Assembly: GCA_963668025.2 (NCBI GenBank)
Contig: CAXXTH010000010.1
Coordinates: 512,001-576,000, forward strand
Origin: Candidatus Hydrogenedentota bacterium
GTDB taxonomy: Bacteria > Hydrogenedentota > Hydrogenedentia > Hydrogenedentales > SLHB01
Length of the DNA: 64,000 nucleotides
Reading direction: 5' to 3'
In this document: in pieces, positions 61,736 through 64,000 of the stretch
Numbering within the stretch: position 1 is the stretch's first letter
Layout: each line of letters begins with the position of its first letter
Notes under the pieces: model-generated
Told to the model about the DNA's origin: nothing
Databases searched by the model: none
What the model saw: only the letters and a program-made list of their open reading frames with translations
Program-made: the position numbers and the translations under genes

Positions 61736-62085
61736 AACGGAGATTGTATGAAAATAGGCAGGAATGCACAAGAGCGGACATCTTTTTAATAAGGACACTA
61801 CTGGTTCATCTCTTTTGATTTCTATAAATGCCTAGCCATTCTGGAAATCTCGTATTGGCTAGGGCGGTTCAAGATTGGATATAGCGGAAACGAGACATAC
61901 AGTGTCAAAGCAGTCGAAAGGCATGCGTAGTATCGCTGGCAATAGAAAACCACCACCATGATGGAATCCAATAAAGGTGTCTCGAAGGGCCATTCACTAC
62001 TGCTGACTTATGGAATTGCGGTTTAAACACCCAAACCTAAAATGTTACACATTTTTCCACAAGTCCGTACTATAGACAGAATCAG

Positions 62086-63230
62086 CAGGAGTTCCCCCAA
62101 GAAATGGGGGTTTATAACCGCAATTAATTGTATTGAATAGAGTTACCCGTCTATAGAAGTGTCTTTGTCGAATTTTGGGGGATCTTTCGTTTAATTGAAA
62201 CGGTCTCCTTGGTGCGTCAGAATCTTGGTGTCAAAAGCCCCAACTCCAACGCAATCAAGGAGGACCGCCGATGAATGCTACCAGAGTTGCTCGAAACTTG
62301 CGAGTTCGCATAGGGCGATTTTCGGGGGATCTCTCGAAAGGCCTTTGTGTAGCGGCCCAACGCTTCGTTTCCCAGATGGTGTACGGCATTCAGGCTTCCG
62401 AATCGGTGCTGCTCACGGAGATAGGACGAACCCTGGAGGAGGATATTCCCCTGCGCAAAACGCACAACCGCCTATCGAGGAATTTGCAAACGGCCCGAGC
62501 TGGAGAAAACTATCCAGGAAAACGTACTGCGCATGGCCGCGAGCCGGGTGGGACAGGACACGCTGCTCATCATTGACCCTTCGGACCTTTCCAAGAAGTA
62601 CGCCAAAAAGATGGAGTATCTGGCCACGGTGCATGACGGCAGCGCGCACGATTTGGCCCAGGGGTATTGGACGCTTCACATCGCCGGGTGCGGGGTGGAT
62701 TCCGATGGCATCATTCCCTTGTATCAGCGGTTATGGTCCGCCGATGCGCCGGGCTTTACCAGCGAGAATGACGAGATTTTTGCGCGGGATAGATGCGGTG
62801 GCGGCCCACGTGGGCCGCCGCGGCCTGTGGCGCATGGTCCGCGCCTACCTCAAACGCTGGAGTATTGAAGAAACCATTCGCTACGCCCAAAACCTGTTAT
62901 GACATCGAGAACGTTCGGGTGTTGAATTACCAAGGCCTGCAAAACTTAATGCCGCTGGTGTTGGCGGCGATGTATTTCGCGGCTTGCGTGCTCGACCAGG
63001 ATTCCCGCCTGCGCGTGATGGCTGGTTTCGTGGAAAAGGCCGCCAAACGGCTCTTCGGCATTCCCGACTTCAAGTACTACGCCCTTGCAGACGGATTACG
63101 AGCGATCCTGACCCGATGCCCAGGCGCCCCTGTGACGCCCAAACAACTCTCCAAATCGTCCCAGATGACCCTGTTCGCTTTCGATTCCCCATGAAAGCAG
63201 TTTCCTCTGTAAATTCTGGGGGAACTCCTG
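62086..63230 (+). mobile_element. Degenerate IS4-superfamily element
   Basis: 14-bp perfect TIR caggagttccccca / tgggggaactcctg. Confidence 0.85.
62271..63194 (+). pseudogene. Transposase pseudogene (frameshifts plus probable internal deletion)
   Basis: Fragments IIDPSD..K.YAKKME and YLKRWSIEETIR (YREK-type); the second catalytic Asp region appears missing. Confidence 0.8.
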
Positions 63231-63243
63231 GTGTAGGAGGTGT

Positions 63244-64000
63244 CAGGGCTTACGCATCTAAATTCCCAGTAAACGTAGAAGGTATTCGGGGTCGAGTGCA
63301 GCAGCGAAGCGCTTGCCCCTGAGGAAATCTTTGTTGGTCTTGTCTTTCTTGAGGAGGTTGAGTGTAATTCTCCTCAAGGAGGCGAGATTCTGGGCGGCGT
63401 TTCTTGTTCGGGCGCGGTTGTCGTCTTCGCGAAAGATAATGTCTAGGCACCAGTGCAAATTGTTTTCCACGCCCCAGTGTCCACGCACGGCGTGGGCGAA
63501 TCGTCGTGCGTCGAGGGGCGGGCTGCTCAAGTAGTAGCGCCGCTCGATGGTGTTCTTCCCTTTTTCCTTGCGGATGGACTCGACCATGCCGAAACTCTTG
63601 AGGCCCTTCCAAAGTCCTTTGTCCTCGAACCAGCCCAAGTCGGTGGATTGCCAGTATCGGCGGGTTTCGATGCGGCCATGCCCCTTGTCGATGGTCTGGT
63701 GGAAATCCATCCGTGTGGCGTCGGCTGTTGGCGCGCACTGGGTGGCGCAAGGGGGAACGGCGTCCTTGAAAAAGGCCTTCACTTCTTCTAGGGCGGTGGC
63801 GTGGTTGCCTTTGAGGGCCAGCACGTAGTCGGCCTGCCGTTGGATAATGTGGGAGGCGATATCCTTCTGGCAGCCCATGGCGTCCAGGGTGACGATGGCT
63901 CCCTTGAGCTTTAAGGCGTTGAGGAGTTTGGGGACGGCGGTGATTTCGTTGGATTTCTCGTCCACCTTGACCTGCCCCAGCGCCAGGCCGTGCTCGCAAG
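63244..64000 (-). mobile_element. ISAs1-family element (type b), second copy, cut by the window edge
   Basis: Same TIR and near-identical transposase to 40808-41965 (L>P and R>C changes). Confidence 0.93.

Overview
A bacterial chromosomal window of moderate-to-high GC, with no rRNA, tRNA or CRISPR array seen. It mixes housekeeping genes (menA-like, mutS, tex, an orphan CIRCE-controlled groEL, proS, ldh) with a LacI-operator-controlled sugar-catabolism operon (3.2-12.5 kb), two soluble hybrid kinases, a GH38 gene and a frameshifted GH98-like gene. It also holds a dense, partly nested set of insertion sequences: four ISAs1 copies, two ISKra4-like, one IS186-like IS4, one IS1380-like, one IS1182/IS5-like, a deleted IS4-superfamily element and a 104-bp MITE derived from it. 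Three things stand out. (1) A minimal phage-shock locus has pspF, two PspF-type UAS boxes and a canonical sigma54 promoter, but instead of pspA it transcribes a ~240-nt highly base-paired segment (candidate ncRNA), a 27-codon ORF and pspC. (2) Target-site duplications lie displaced between 26.4, 40.4, 62.1 and 63.2 kb, suggesting IS/MITE-mediated rearrangements. (3) One small-protein family appears both as a frameshift-fused ISKra4 N-terminus and as a divergent passenger in ISAs1. All protein family calls are from motif recognition only; no database search was run.
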